The notes under the pieces are model-generated. The model saw only the letters and a list, made by a program, of their open reading frames with translations, was not told where the DNA came from and did no database searches. A DNA stretch of 36,074 nt, taken from contig KZ539391.1 of NCBI GenBank assembly GCA_000934665.2, positions 1 through 36,074 on the forward strand. Direction: 5' to 3'. A program made the translations under genes and the position numbers. The stretch is from Catajapyx aquilonaris. Its lineage: Eukaryota. Shown piece after piece: positions 9,533 through 21,439 of the stretch (positions are counted from its first letter, which is position 1; the number at the start of each line of letters is the position of its first letter).

Positions 9533-10576
9533 AATGGTGTAAAAGAAACATAGGATCTATTTTAAAAACATACATATTATAACAGGCAAGAAGTGTCGAC
9601 CCACAGTAAGCTGTGCTGCCTTCTTAGCTTCCTGATCGGCCATCTCATTACCAGGTGTGCCTTGATGAGCTTTCACCCAATAGAGGCTGATGTCCTGATG
9701 AGAGTCTCTCATCAGTCTGCGTGCATACTGGGCCCGTCCATTGGTGGAGTGCGGACATTCATTTGGACTGTGACTAGGAACGAATAGAGGAATGAATATA
9801 AAAATAAGAAGTAGGCTACATGTTTCTCTATTGTAAATAATCAAGCATATTTTAACACAGACTTGACACAATTTGTGAAAATTGAAACTTTGTTGAACAT
9901 GACAAGGGAATTTTCATTTATTCTTACTATTCTATGGTAATTTTTTTTGAACTATATTATTAAGTGAATTAAACACAAAGGACAAGCGTACACTACCTGA
10001 GACATGAAGACGGACCTAGGGGGGCCGCTCCTTTTCATTCAGTGGGCGTGGCCACTAGCGCAGCGCTCCACGTCAGTGCCTATAGCTCCGTAACCATTTC
10101 GTATTCCAAAATTCCGTTTGTACCACTGATAGAGGACACTGTGAGGTGCATTTTGATATCAATGTGATGACATTTGACTTTGGCTCTTTTTTTGAAAATG
10201 TCATTTGTTTGCAAAGATGTCGCATTTTGACATGAATTTGCACAGCTATCGGAAAGCGACTATTTTTGTCGGAAAGAGGAGACAATTTCACACATGAAAC
10301 ATGTATTACATCATGCATTAACGTTGTCATGTAAATGTAATAGGGGGGCGCCTCTAAATGTGATCCTAGTCCAATTACCGCCTGTAGAAAGGCAACCACG
10401 CATCGGCGGACCAAATCCTTATGGGAAAGGTCATAACTTGACATGGACTCAAACATATCTCACACTCATCGACGGGCAAATTTTTTCGTGCAAAAGGTGA
10501 TCACGTTCACTGGAATATTGCCCAATGGTGTAAAAGAAACATAGGATCTATTTTAAAAACATGCATATTACAACAG
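9533..10576 (+). repeat. 53-bp direct repeat pair (9533-9585 and 10524-10576)
   Basis: AATGGTGTAAAAGAAACATAGGATCTATTTTAAAAACAT(A/G)CATATTA(T/C)AACAG occurs twice with 2 mismatches. Confidence 0.9.
9590..9780 (-). pseudogene. RNase H fragment of a non-LTR retrotransposon
   Basis: DISLYWVKAHQGTPGNEMADQEAKKAA matches the RNase HI C-terminal motif WVxxHxGxxGNExADxxAK. Confidence 0.8.
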
Positions 10577-10710
10577 AGTAGGAGGAAGAGGAGATGGCAT
10601 GGGACATGCCCAGGGTGGACAAAGAAGACCCTTTAGGAAGTGGATCTGGGAAGGTGAGTGGGGTAGCTAATCTGATGAAAATGCCATGTAATGTTACAGT
10701 ATTTTTGCAC
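10577..10710 (+). pseudogene. Relic duplicate of the 3' part of the first coding exon of the zinc-finger gene, plus the start of its intron
   Basis: E*EEEEMAWDMPRVDKEDPLGSGSGK|GTGAGT versus EEEEEMVVDMPRVDEDDPLGGGSGE|GTGCGT at 5058-5138. Contains an in-frame TAG; similarity continues into the intron. Confidence 0.8.
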
Positions 10711-11965
10711 CGAATTATTCTTCCAGTAGTACTCAAACTTTGGCAGGTCCACATCTGCCTTGATATTCTCTGCAGATTTATTTTAAAGTAAAAGGGGTAT
10801 ACTCCAGTGCTATGACAGATGGGATGTATTGGCCTACTTGGGTGAGTGCACGTAATAATGTGTCTCTAATTTATGTACAACCCCTTATTGGACAATTTTT
10901 AATGCTTCACTTCATGAATGCCAATCAGAAAATCACAGCATTATTCTTCATCCTACAATTATTGTAGGGTCACTGTACAAAACGTCACATGTCCATCCGC
11001 ATGCGAAAATGAATATTAGTGCCAATGATCAGAGCCTCTTCAATGCATATGTGCCAATCAAATAAACGGTTACATTTCCAAACAGGATATAAAACTTTCA
11101 ATTGGTGAATGCCATTTCAAAACAGGCAGAGGCTGTCAGGGTTTGGTCTCCGATTATTACGGATAAATTACACGAAGTACCGCTGTCGAAATGATGGCGA
11201 ATGACACTGGCTATTTTTCATTGCCATTTTTTTATTTGCCCTGGAAAAAATCATAACCGCAGCGGTACCAAATCTGCTATTTCTCGAAGTTCATGTTTTC
11301 TCAACTTTGGACGCGTGTACCAATTTTCCTATACGTTACACAAAAGCCAAATTTGGAATGGAGCAACTGCCTACGTAGGTCTGAATTTTCGATAAAAAAT
11401 AATTGCGAATGTGTACTTAGCAACCGCGGAAGAATTTGGCAAAAATGCTGTTTTACGACATTTTAGCAATTTTCGCAATTTTTTCTTTGCAAAAAAATAT
11501 TTGTATGCAAATGAAACATATAGACTTTCAGTATAACTCGTAACCTCTCTACTTATCCGCTTTGTTAAGCTGTGAAGTCAAAGGTTAACAGTGGAGCCAT
11601 TGTTGAACATTGTTAACTTCGCAGAACATGGTTTGGAAGAAAATAATTTTCTAAAAAAAAAAAAGAGTGATAATTGAACACCTCCATCCCTCCACCTCCA
11701 CCTCTATCCCTAATGTGACCCTGCTGCACTTACAAGCGAAGAAATCACACAATTTCGTGAAACTAGGGAGAAACTATGGCAGATAGTGAAACCGTTTCAT
11801 GGTATACAGTCAAGCCATTACTGGAATGTGAAATGTGGCCAGGTTACTGTGCAAAGAACAGCGCAACATTTGGTGTGACTTCTGGAAAAAGACTTTGGGA
11901 TACCTCTATGCCTGATTCGACCTCACCGGACCTCACATATAGCGATACATTAACCAGTATCTTAA

Positions 11966-12580
11966 TCTATATTTTAGTTCGTTTGTGAGTTTGTTTGTCC
12001 CTTATAGAAATCCAGGGGAAGGCCCCTACACCGCCTTAAATTAGCATATCGGGGGTTGCTTTTTCCAATGAATCTAACGCCGCATGTTTCAGCTTCCGAA
12101 AATGAACCTAACTCCCACAACAAGCATATTCCCGAATCTTCTCACTTCTTACATCAATAACAATATATCAATTTGCATTCCCATGGAAATGCCTTTTTAA
12201 AAATATGGCTATTTACCTCTGCATCGTACCGCAGGGAGGGAACCTCTATTTCGTCTTGATGGAACCTTTTTGACGTAGCGCCCGGGCCCACGGGCAGGGT
12301 GACTGGGAGGGGATGTGCAAGGTGCAAGTGCAATTCTCAAACGGTGCATTTTGTGAACTCCCCCGGGTGGATTAGTCTGAGGAGATTCCACCGAAACGAA
12401 GCCAGAGACGACCCAACTCTGCACGAGATGAAGGGGGGAACCCCGGGCTGGGATCGAACCCGGGACCCCCCGTGGACACATTTCCGCAGCGCCACTTCGT
12501 CTCCCCTACGAAATGCCCTTATGGAACAATACCTATAGCAAGTTAAACCATCGCCGTAAATTCAACGCATCCACCAATTA
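11966..12580 (+). mobile_element. Non-autonomous Helitron-like repeat, copy 2, interrupted by a SINE
   Basis: Aligns to the reverse complement of ~5470-5807 on both sides of the 12194-12509 insertion. Confidence 0.6.
12194..12509 (-). mobile_element. tRNA-derived SINE, copy A
   Basis: B box GGTTCGATCCC on the minus strand at 12450-12460. Target duplication GAAATGCC (12186-12193 / 12510-12517); the empty site is present in Helitron-like copy 1. Head homologous to 16939-17165. Confidence 0.85.
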
Positions 12581-12774
12581 CGCTAATTGGCCACCTCATG
12601 TGACTTCGTATCTTATGGTAATTCCGGGATTTTGTGGGATTTGAAAGTAGACTTCCAGACAAAAGTAAATACAATAAAATAATACAGTATTTACAAGTAT
12701 TACTCCATGTTGAAAACAAATTTTCCACCATGCATCTGTACGCACATTTCTAAAGTTCTTTAGAGCAAACATAT

Positions 12775-12930
12775 GGGGCCGTCCATAATCCGCGCGGACA
12801 TATTTTTTCACTTTTTTACCTCCCCCCCCCCCTCCCATTTGCGGACAGAAGCGGACAAAATCTTACCTCCCCCCCTAAAAATTGCGCGGACATGGCCTCC
12901 TTGCCCCCCCACCCCCCTCGCCACACTGAA
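12775..12930 (+). mobile_element. 5' terminal fragment of a DNA transposon (GGGGCCGTCCATAA terminus)
   Basis: Terminus resembles that at 1-39; repeated GCGGACA subterminal motifs and C-runs. No partner TIR found. Confidence 0.4.
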
Positions 12931-13092
12931 GTGTTATTTTCAATACATTGGTATTTTTATTTTTTTGATGTCTACACACAAATACCTTTATTCAGAGGTA
13001 TTACGGTATATTTGACGTGTCTGACTAAAAAACGGCCAAGTCAAAATCTTTTGTGAAAAATCGCCAAAAAAACCATTAGAGTCAAGAATGTA

Positions 13093-15897
13093 CTATCACG
13101 GTCAAAAAGATTGTCGGACTGTTATGGAATCGTCCGCGACTTTTTCTCCCGCCAATCAGTGTGCCAGGTGCAGGTGATTTGGGCGAGTGCCGTCGAGAGC
13201 TTTCCTCCCGCGACCTCATGACATGTGCTCGAATTTTCATCGGTGGGGGGGAGGGGGGGTGCTGATTAGGCGAGGTGGGGCCGATGGTGGGAGTATGCGA
13301 TGGGTGGTGGTAAGCGGGGAGGGGGGGGGGGAGAGAGAGAGATAAACACGTGTGAATGAAAGGCAGATAGTAGCTGCATTTTGAGAATTGCCAATGCAAG
13401 GTCATTCCTCCCTCTTTTAAACAAGCCATATGGGCCTTGGCGCGTGTCCTTGAGCTAGAGGTGGCCTTTTTCGGATGATTCCGCGTTTATCTGTCGTCTT
13501 TCGCAATTTTGAACTCTTTTCAATTAGGTAATTCATATTAGGTAATTCATATTAGTTCCCAAAACACAAAAAAATGAAATGAAGCCTTATTCTTAATGCT
13601 CGTTTGCGAGAAAATGGGCGTTACCTATAATAATTATGGGATGCTAGGAAAATGTAACTCAGTATGGATATAATTATTAATAATTAATAATTACCAATAA
13701 TAATTACCAATAAATAATAGGCGCGGGGTCTTTAGGGTCTGCGTAGCTCTGACACAGTATGGATATAATAGCGTACCGTTAGTTGTTGATTACATGACCA
13801 CGGCAACAATGACATTCAGCAATATCCATATACGGAATTTTAGCGAATTTTGCCTGTCTGCCATCAGTTGGAAGCCCATAACTTGGAAAGATTTTTAGAT
13901 ATCCTAAATGTGATTACTGGAATGGAAACCTATTTTAACACCCTTTCTGGCGGTAGAAATTATGTTTGTGAAATATCGACATTTCGAATTAAAGACAGCG
14001 GCCAAAATTTTGAGTTGAATTCTTTCAAAAATCGACCGTTTTCAAAAAATTTGAATCTGGCTTAAAATGAAGCCTGGAATGTTTTCTTGAGATTTCCGCA
14101 AAATCTAGAGAGGCGAATTTAGATATTAGCCAGCTATAAAAACATTTTGTGCGCAAAACGGGTCCCGTCAATGTGGTCACCTCAACTGGCATCAAAATTT
14201 CACCAATACTTTTGCTTTAAAAATTCATACCGCATGTTATTACTTTTATGAGACAGCGTGATTAAAGAACTCCACCTAGGTAATTGTAAATACTTATGTC
14301 AATGGCCAGTTAAAAAGATAAACCGCATGCAACAATGGTATTAGGCATGATTTGTGTTGGGTGGCTCATCAGGATTCATTACTGGAAGCAAATTGGAATA
14401 ATTGTCCACCCAACACAATTTAATCATGCCAAATATCATTGTTGCATGTGTCCTTAAACCGGCAATAATGAGCCAAATGCCAAGTTACTACTGCCCAGCG
14501 ATTTTATGAGAACAGCTATCTCCTTGTTTTTTTAATAACAATTCAGTAATAAATTGTTGAAATGGCAGTTTCAAAAATTTTCCTGGAGCGACCAATATGT
14601 AATACATCATTGAACCGCGTGACAATTCATTTGGACATCCACACACGACAATAAAATTTAAATTGGGATCTCTTCCAACTTCATGCGGTTTATCTTTTTA
14701 ACTGGCCATTGACATAAGTATTTACAATTACCTAGGTGGAGTTCTTTAATCACGCTGTCTCATAAAAGTAATAACATGCGGTATGAATTTTTGAAGCAAA
14801 AATATTGGTGAAATTTTGATGCCAGTTGAGGTGACCACATTGACATTGCGCACAAAATGTTTTTATAGCTGGCTAATATCTAAATTCGCCTCTCTAGATT
14901 TTGCGGAAATCTCAAGAAAACATTCCAGGCTTCATTTTAAGCCAAATTCAAAATTTTTGAAAACGGTCGATTTTTGAAAGAATTTAACTCAAAATTTTGG
15001 CCGCTGTCTTTAATTCGAAATGTTGATATTTCACAAACATAATTTCTACCGCCAGAAAGGGTGTTAAAATAGGTTTCCATTCCAGTAATCACATTTAGGA
15101 TATCTAAAAATCTTTCCAAGTTATGGGCTTCCAACTGATGGCAGACAGGCAAAATTCGCTAAAATTCCGTATATGGATATTGCTGAATGTCATTGTTGCG
15201 TGGTCATGTAATCAACAACTAACGGTACGGTATTATATCCATACTGTGTCAGAGCTACGCAGACCATAAAGACCCCGCGCCTATTATTTATTGGTAATTA
15301 TTATTGGTAATTATTAATTATTAATTATTTATATCCATACTGAGTTACATTTTCCTAGCATCCCATAATTATTATAGGTAACGCCCATTTTCTCGCAAAC
15401 GAGCATTAAGAATAAGGTTTCATTTCATTTTTTGTGTTTTGGGAACTAATATGAATTACCTAATTGAAGCAAAAAAAAGAGTTCAAAATTGCGAAAGACG
15501 ACAGATAAACGCGGAAACATCCGAAAAAGGCCACCTCTAGCTCAAGGACACGCGCCAAGGCCCATATGGCTTGTTTAAAAGAGGGAGGAATGACCTTGCA
15601 TTGGCAATTCTCAAAATGTAGCTACTATATCTGCCTTGCATTCACACGTGTTTATCTCTCTCTCTCCCCCCTCCCCGCTTACCACCACCCAAAATACTCC
15701 CACCATCGTCCATACCTCGCCTAATCAGCACCCCCCCTCCCCCCCACCGATGAAAATTCGAGCACGTGTCATGAGGTCGCGGGAGGAAAGCTCTCGACGG
15801 CACTCGCCCAAATCACCTGCACCTGGCACACTGATTGGCGGGAGAAAAAGTCGCGGACGATTCCATAACAGTCCGACAATCTTTTTGACCGTGATAG
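13093..15897. mobile_element. 2.8-kb non-autonomous foldback element, Tc1/mariner-like termini
   Basis: Near-identical inverted arms 13093-14329 and 14682-15897. Termini TA|CTATCACGGTCAAAAAGATTGTCGGAC ... GTCCGACAATCTTTTTGACCGTGATAG|TA. 352-bp spacer; no transposase ORF. Confidence 0.9.
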
Positions 15898-16938
15898 TAC
15901 AAACAATAGATTCTAGTGTTGTGTATGCGCGACCGTTCGATGGGGTATTCTATACACATACCATACTTACTGTATATCATGTTGATATTTACTAGTGAAA
16001 AGTTGTACATATCATTATTATGCCTCTGAATTTTTGAGAACATATGACCTGATCGACAAGTGACGGAAAGGCGGGAGCCTTTGGATCGTTCGTGGAGGGA
16101 GTGTTCTTAAACCTTACCAACCTTACCCTTGCCTCTCAGCCTTGTAAGAAAGCAATAAAGACAATTTCAGGAGCTCGGGGTCGGTGGAAATGGCGGCAAG
16201 GAAACTTCATTTTCTGGGGAGGAGAAAACAGAGCAACATGAGCAAACAAGAACTGCACCTTGTTTTCTTTCCTCGGAAATCTGCTCAACTCAAACGGCCA
16301 TGCCGCTGTTCCGTCCAACTCTTTAATCTCACACACAAATTACCTCTAACTGGAGGCTAAAGTTCGTTAGGCTCAAGGTGAGTCCAATCCTCATCATACA
16401 AATTATGTTGCGGCTCTCCAAACGGGAAAAAAGGGAAAGGGAAGGGGAAAAAAAATCCTCCTTAAATTATCTTCCGTGGGGGGAATTGCAGCCTCTTGAC
16501 TTCAGTATAATGGTCAATATTGGATCGAGGCAAATATTCGCAGGGCTCCATATTCGGCCGGGTTAAAGCAGGAAATCCCAGGCTCCCAAAGCGAGAGTTT
16601 CAGGGTTGATCCACTTCGATCTTTGCTGGGGACAAGAAAATAGAGAAAATCGGAGGGTCCTTGTTCCTTTCAAGCACAAAATCGGTTGTTCCCACAGTCG
16701 CGTTTGTTTAGACAAGTCGCAGATGAGCGCCGAGATGGAAAAGGAGACAATCATCTGTCTTGACGAACACAAACGGCACTCAATACTTGTTCATTGCATT
16801 TAATAATGGCGCCGGGAATTTTTGGGAGTGATGTATTTCTGTGGTCATTCTGTCATTTTTATGTTGCATGCTTGGATGACTTGTTTTCTATGAATAAACT
16901 CACCGTATGTTAAGTACCGTAATAAAATAGTGTAAGGT

Positions 16939-17280
16939 TAGGGAGACGGAGTGGCGCCGCGGTAACGCGCGCGCCCACGGAAGTTAAGGTCCCGGGTTCA
17001 ATCCCTACCCGGGGTTCCCACCTTCTTTCGTGCAGAGTTGGGCCATCTCTGGCTTCGTTTCGGGTGGCAATTTCCGATAGACTAAGCCTCCCGGGGGAGT
17101 TCACAAAATGACCAATTAACGACAGCGCACATGCACTTTGCACATCCCCTCCTACCAACCCGTGGAGTACACTAATAAGATCCATCTAACACGCTCCAAA
17201 TATTTAAAAAACCCAATGGTGGTAATCCACCCCCCTATAGACCTAACAGGTCATCACGGGGTTTTTAAAAAAAGAAAAAA
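16939..17280 (+). mobile_element. tRNA-derived SINE, copy B, full length
   Basis: A box TGGCGCCGCGG (16952-16962), B box GGTTCAATCCC (16995-17005), A-rich tail, and target duplication AGTGTAAGGT (16929-16938 / 17281-17290). Confidence 0.88.
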
Positions 17281-18169
17281 AGTGTAAGGTCAAACAGATT
17301 TCTCTCGCAGGTCTTTACAGTGTTCATCGAAAGCATTCGATGTTACTCATACACATACACATAAAATTGGTGCCATTATTGATAGATTATCTGCTCGTTT
17401 TGTAGAACTGCACATAATTAAATGTTCATCATTAATACATGTACTAACCGAGTTATCTTGATTTGATTTCATAAGATGGCATAACCTGAGTAATAGGCGC
17501 AAAATAAATTGACGAGTGGATGGAAATCTTGCATTCAATCTTAAATAAGGTGGAGAGGATCCAACGAGTCAATATTCCAATCTCCCACAATCCGGATAAA
17601 CGTAGAGCTGACACCATTCATTCCAAGCTTTTCAGTTTTTAAAAGACCTCGTCGTATGCGGTTTTCTTTGGGAAAGGTTCACTACAAGTGGGGCATTGTT
17701 GTGCACGTGTAATATATTTTTTGTGCGTCAAACAATCACCTACACGTCTTGTCTGCTCCTTTTCCCCACCTTTGTTTTTTCTAGCTCAAATTATAATTTA
17801 TTGCTCTGAATATCAGTTGAGCTCACATCCGTAGGCCTACAGGTAAAAATTTCGCGGACGCTCATTTCCACTTGGCGACAGTAACTGTCATGTCGCCTCC
17901 CTATCAAGTGAAGCAGTGAATTATTTACTATATACTCTACACTCTACACCAATGGAAATCAAATGGGATTTTCGACGATATACATTATTCTGCACCAAAT
18001 TATCTGAAGGCGATATTCCCATCGATACTGATGTGATATACATTCTGAAACACACGGTCTATTTAAATAACCAATACATGTGCACCTCCATCAAGAAAAA
18101 TCCAATTATCTCTTCTGACAGTCATCGCTCATCAGAATAGGTTGACGATGTTACCACCATTTCTGAAAC

Positions 18170-18393
18170 CGAGGGTTAGTCACTAGACCAAAAAATGTAC
18201 ACTGGTGTTCTTGGGTGTTCTGTCGGTGTTCCCGCAGGTGCTCCCCGGTAATTTCCGTCGTAATTCCCGTGTGTTGCCGGCACCCCCGTTGTCCCACAAT
18301 AATATTAGTCCAGAATCCTCTGGAACACCGGGGAACACCGGAGTGGTGCTCTACTCGAAGTGTACACCGGTGTTCCCGAGTGGCTAACCCTCG
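18170..18393. mobile_element. hAT/P-like MITE
   Basis: TIRs CGAGGGTTAGTCACT / AGTGGCTAACCCTCG; perfect 8-bp duplication TCTGAAAC (18162-18169 / 18394-18401); many GGTGTTC/GAACACC subrepeats. Confidence 0.85.
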
Positions 18394-18685
18394 TCTGAAA
18401 CTCTTATTTTCAGCAACTGCACTAATTTTATTGCTGACATGATTATTTCACGTGAAAATTTCAATTCGTTTTATCATAATTACTCGAAAGCATATTTAAA
18501 TTAGAAATGTAGACGACTCATATTATTCTAAACATTTGCAATCGACATAGAAAACATTTTGGTAAGATCTACAGAATAGAAGTGCATTATTGGGGCAGTT
18601 TTCCATGATTACGTGTCCGTAATTTTCTCAGAACATTTCCACGATTGTCATTTTAGGAATCCGAGGCGAGAGTGTTCTCCGCACG

Positions 18686-20150
18686 ATGAAGTCACTCACA
18701 CCCTGTCCTAGCGAGCACAAGGCCAAGGTGAAACTCATGGCCGAGATGGCCCGAGTATGCTTCGGGTACCAAAAATTCCAGCGCAAATTCCCACTACTGG
18801 ACCAGTACATACTGCAACGAGAGCAAGAAGGTAACGATGTACGGAAAGACCCAGAGGCGTGTGAGGTAAGTCTCATTAGATTTGTAACATTGTTATCCGT
18901 ATAGAAAAATCATACTTTTCCCGTTTTATATCTCCTGATACCGTAGCCTCATTTACCTCACGATCCTCACCCATTGTCCCTAGCATGCGTACTTGTATCC
19001 TGGTATATAGTGCTGTACCTCTCTTTACAAAGTGGGTTGAGGGATTGATTGTAAATCCAAAACATTTGGTTTTAAATTTTTTTCAGTTTGAGTGCCATAC
19101 AAACATTTAATCCCAAAAGGGTCATTCCACGCCAAAAGGGACATTTTGGCGAAAATTGAAGCTTTAAAAGCAACTTTTCTTGCTTTTTAAACTCTCATGT
19201 CAACCAAAATTTCGGTGTTTGAGCTTTACGTATGAAGAATAGATGAATGCTTACTTCAGACCCATTCTCTTAACACGTTTTTATCCAAAGACAACAATGA
19301 CGGTTCAGTTAAATATGCTTTGCCCTGTCCGTTACCTAAATTAATAATTATCACTGTACCAGTCACATGCAACAACTTAATATATTTTGGAATGAACCTG
19401 TTTTGTTGATATGATAGTCTTCTACAACATACTGAAAAATTTATTTCTGAAATGGTCAAGAAAACAGTTTTGCTATCATGTGTGCTACAATATTATTCGT
19501 ATGCATGTCCTTTTGCTGTCCCGTTCGTTACCCGACTTAATGAACCATGTTAAAACATAAATTCTCAACATCTGATGTTTCATAAATCTTAACACCATGA
19601 CTATGTTGCTGTTGCAATGTTACATAACATTCAAAAGCACTTTTATACCTACATAATTTATACTTGAAAAAGCAAAATCTATTAATTTTGTCCCGTCCGT
19701 TTCCGTGGAATGACCCAATATGAAAAAAATGGAGGACAAAGAGGCGTGTCGATTTTTCTCCAGCACTTTGGAGTGTGTTGGAGTCTGGACTTCGTTTCCC
19801 TTCTCTCGTGCGACCTTAAAATTACCTCCCTTCCCCATATTATGAGTATGTTGATGCTGGTATTAGTATATTTGCATACCTGAGATTTAATTATAATTTT
19901 TCAGGTTATGAAGAATTGGGCTAAATTTTTCAATCGAGGAAGGCAAGCACACAGGCAGCTGCGAGCACTTGTGATTACACTGAAAGAAAGAAGCATGTCT
20001 TTGGCAACCTACCTCGTATCGTTGGCGACGTACGAAGCAATATGTTACCGAAAAATCCATGGTACGGACACTTACGATTCACAATGTTCCCGGAAGGATA
20101 TGACCTTTGCCCGCCTCACTGAGTTTTTTGGTGAATTGCTTGCTGGATAA
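18686..20150 (+). CDS. Spliced orphan gene A, exons 18686-18865 and 19905-20150 (about 141 aa, unknown function; 5' end may extend further)
   Basis: Consensus donor GAG|GTAAGT and acceptor TTTTTCAG|GTT, both phase 0, join two ORF-track entries (..DPEACE|VMKNWAKFF..). An upstream acceptor TTTTAG lies at 18656. Confidence 0.6.
19119..19716. mobile_element. MITE with GGG termini (Sola-like, tentative) inside the intron of orphan gene A
   Basis: Perfect 13-bp TIR GGGTCATTCCACG / CGTGGAATGACCC; flanks AAAA / AATA. Confidence 0.65.
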
Positions 20151-20399
20151 ACAGAAGAAGTGAGAGTCAACAGTCATATTTTAATAGATTGAACGGTGTA
20201 ATAAGCATATTCACATAGTGAAAGAGCCATTGGAAAGAGCGTTGTTTCAGAAACGGCCGTTGACTCTGCTCCTCCGTTCTCTAACATTTTTTTTTTAAAT
20301 TCCCAATTTTGTTCAAGGCAGAATTTTTAGCCAAGGTATCTATAAGGTAGTTTGTTTGTTTTTCCTATATTAGTTCATACCTGAGGTGATGGTAGGGGG

Positions 20400-21416
20400 G
20401 GGGGGAGGTGAGAGGGAGGTGGAGGAATATTTCCACCATGGATTCCATCCTGTTGGACGAAGGCATGTGGCAGGCGGAGTGGGAGGGTTTGCATCGCCAG
20501 GAACCACGCTGGTATCCGATTTTTTTCCCCGAGGGTTGTTACCAGTAACAACCCTCGGGAAAAAAACCCCCGGATCTCACATGATTGTATGGGACGATGG
20601 TGCTCATGGCTTCGGGCCATGGACCTTTTCGTGCTTACCTTGGCTGTTTTAACTTGTTTAAGGGGTCCGATCCGCGTGGGGGTAGCCCTGGTTGCCCGTG
20701 TGGTGGGGGTGGACCAGGACAACGAACACGTACTGTGGGTGTGTCGGCTGTCCGTTGTGTTGCGGGCTCGGGGTACCCTCATGGCCGCTAGGGTTTCTTT
20801 GGAGAATGGGTGGCCTTGTTCACTTGCTGCACGGGGGTCGCCATGGTGGCGTAGTTGGTTCCCTCGCAGAGGTTGCCCATGATCCTGTGGTACCTTGACC
20901 GGCTTGTTATATAGTTGTTGTTTTTGCCGAGGAGTGTGGCTGGCTTGTGAGCGTCACTCGCTTTCTTTTGTTATGTTGCTGCTGTGTGCACTTTTGCGTT
21001 TCAGGTGACGAGGCGTTTATAGGCTGGCGTCTTTTTGTTTATACAGTACAGTACTTACATTTTCGCATTCATGGTAACGTAACGTGTAGTACTGTATTCT
21101 GCAGTGGTGTACACTATAGTAGAGTAACGTAATGATTTTGCACCATGAGTTTGTTTAGGGCACTGTTATTTTTTGTTCTCATGGTTTCTCTTGATTTTTT
21201 ATGTAATTTTGTACCATGAGGTTTGTGTGATGATGATTTGTAACTATTCCTTTTTTGCTTGTCATATTCTGGTCATATTGGTGGGTACAGCTTTTTGTTT
21301 GATACGGTGCTCATTAAAGGACATTCAATGATGAGGTGCCCGGGGTCTAGGGCCTACCGGCTAGGCGACCCTCTAATGATCTGAGAATGTTCGACAAAGG
21401 CTCTCTAATAATAATC
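20400..21416 (+). mobile_element. 5'-truncated non-LTR retrotransposon (R1/LOA-like ORF2 C-terminus and 3' UTR)
   Basis: Frameshifted pieces WQAEW...RWYPIFFP, ASGHGPFRAYL..FNL...CPCGG and DQDNEHVLWVC (CCHC-type knuckle). Ends with a stem-loop (GGGTCTAG...CTAGGCGACCC) and a (TAA)n tail. Confidence 0.8.
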
Positions 21417-21439
21417 ATCTATCGATGGCCGAAACACCT

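Noticed and set aside
13850..15152. Twin 71-aa ORFs and twin proline-rich ORFs on opposite strands
   Set aside because: By-products of the foldback arms; no domain motifs.
16939..17010. tRNA gene
   Set aside because: A and B boxes are present, but the sequence continues into a SINE body with an A-tail and target duplication.
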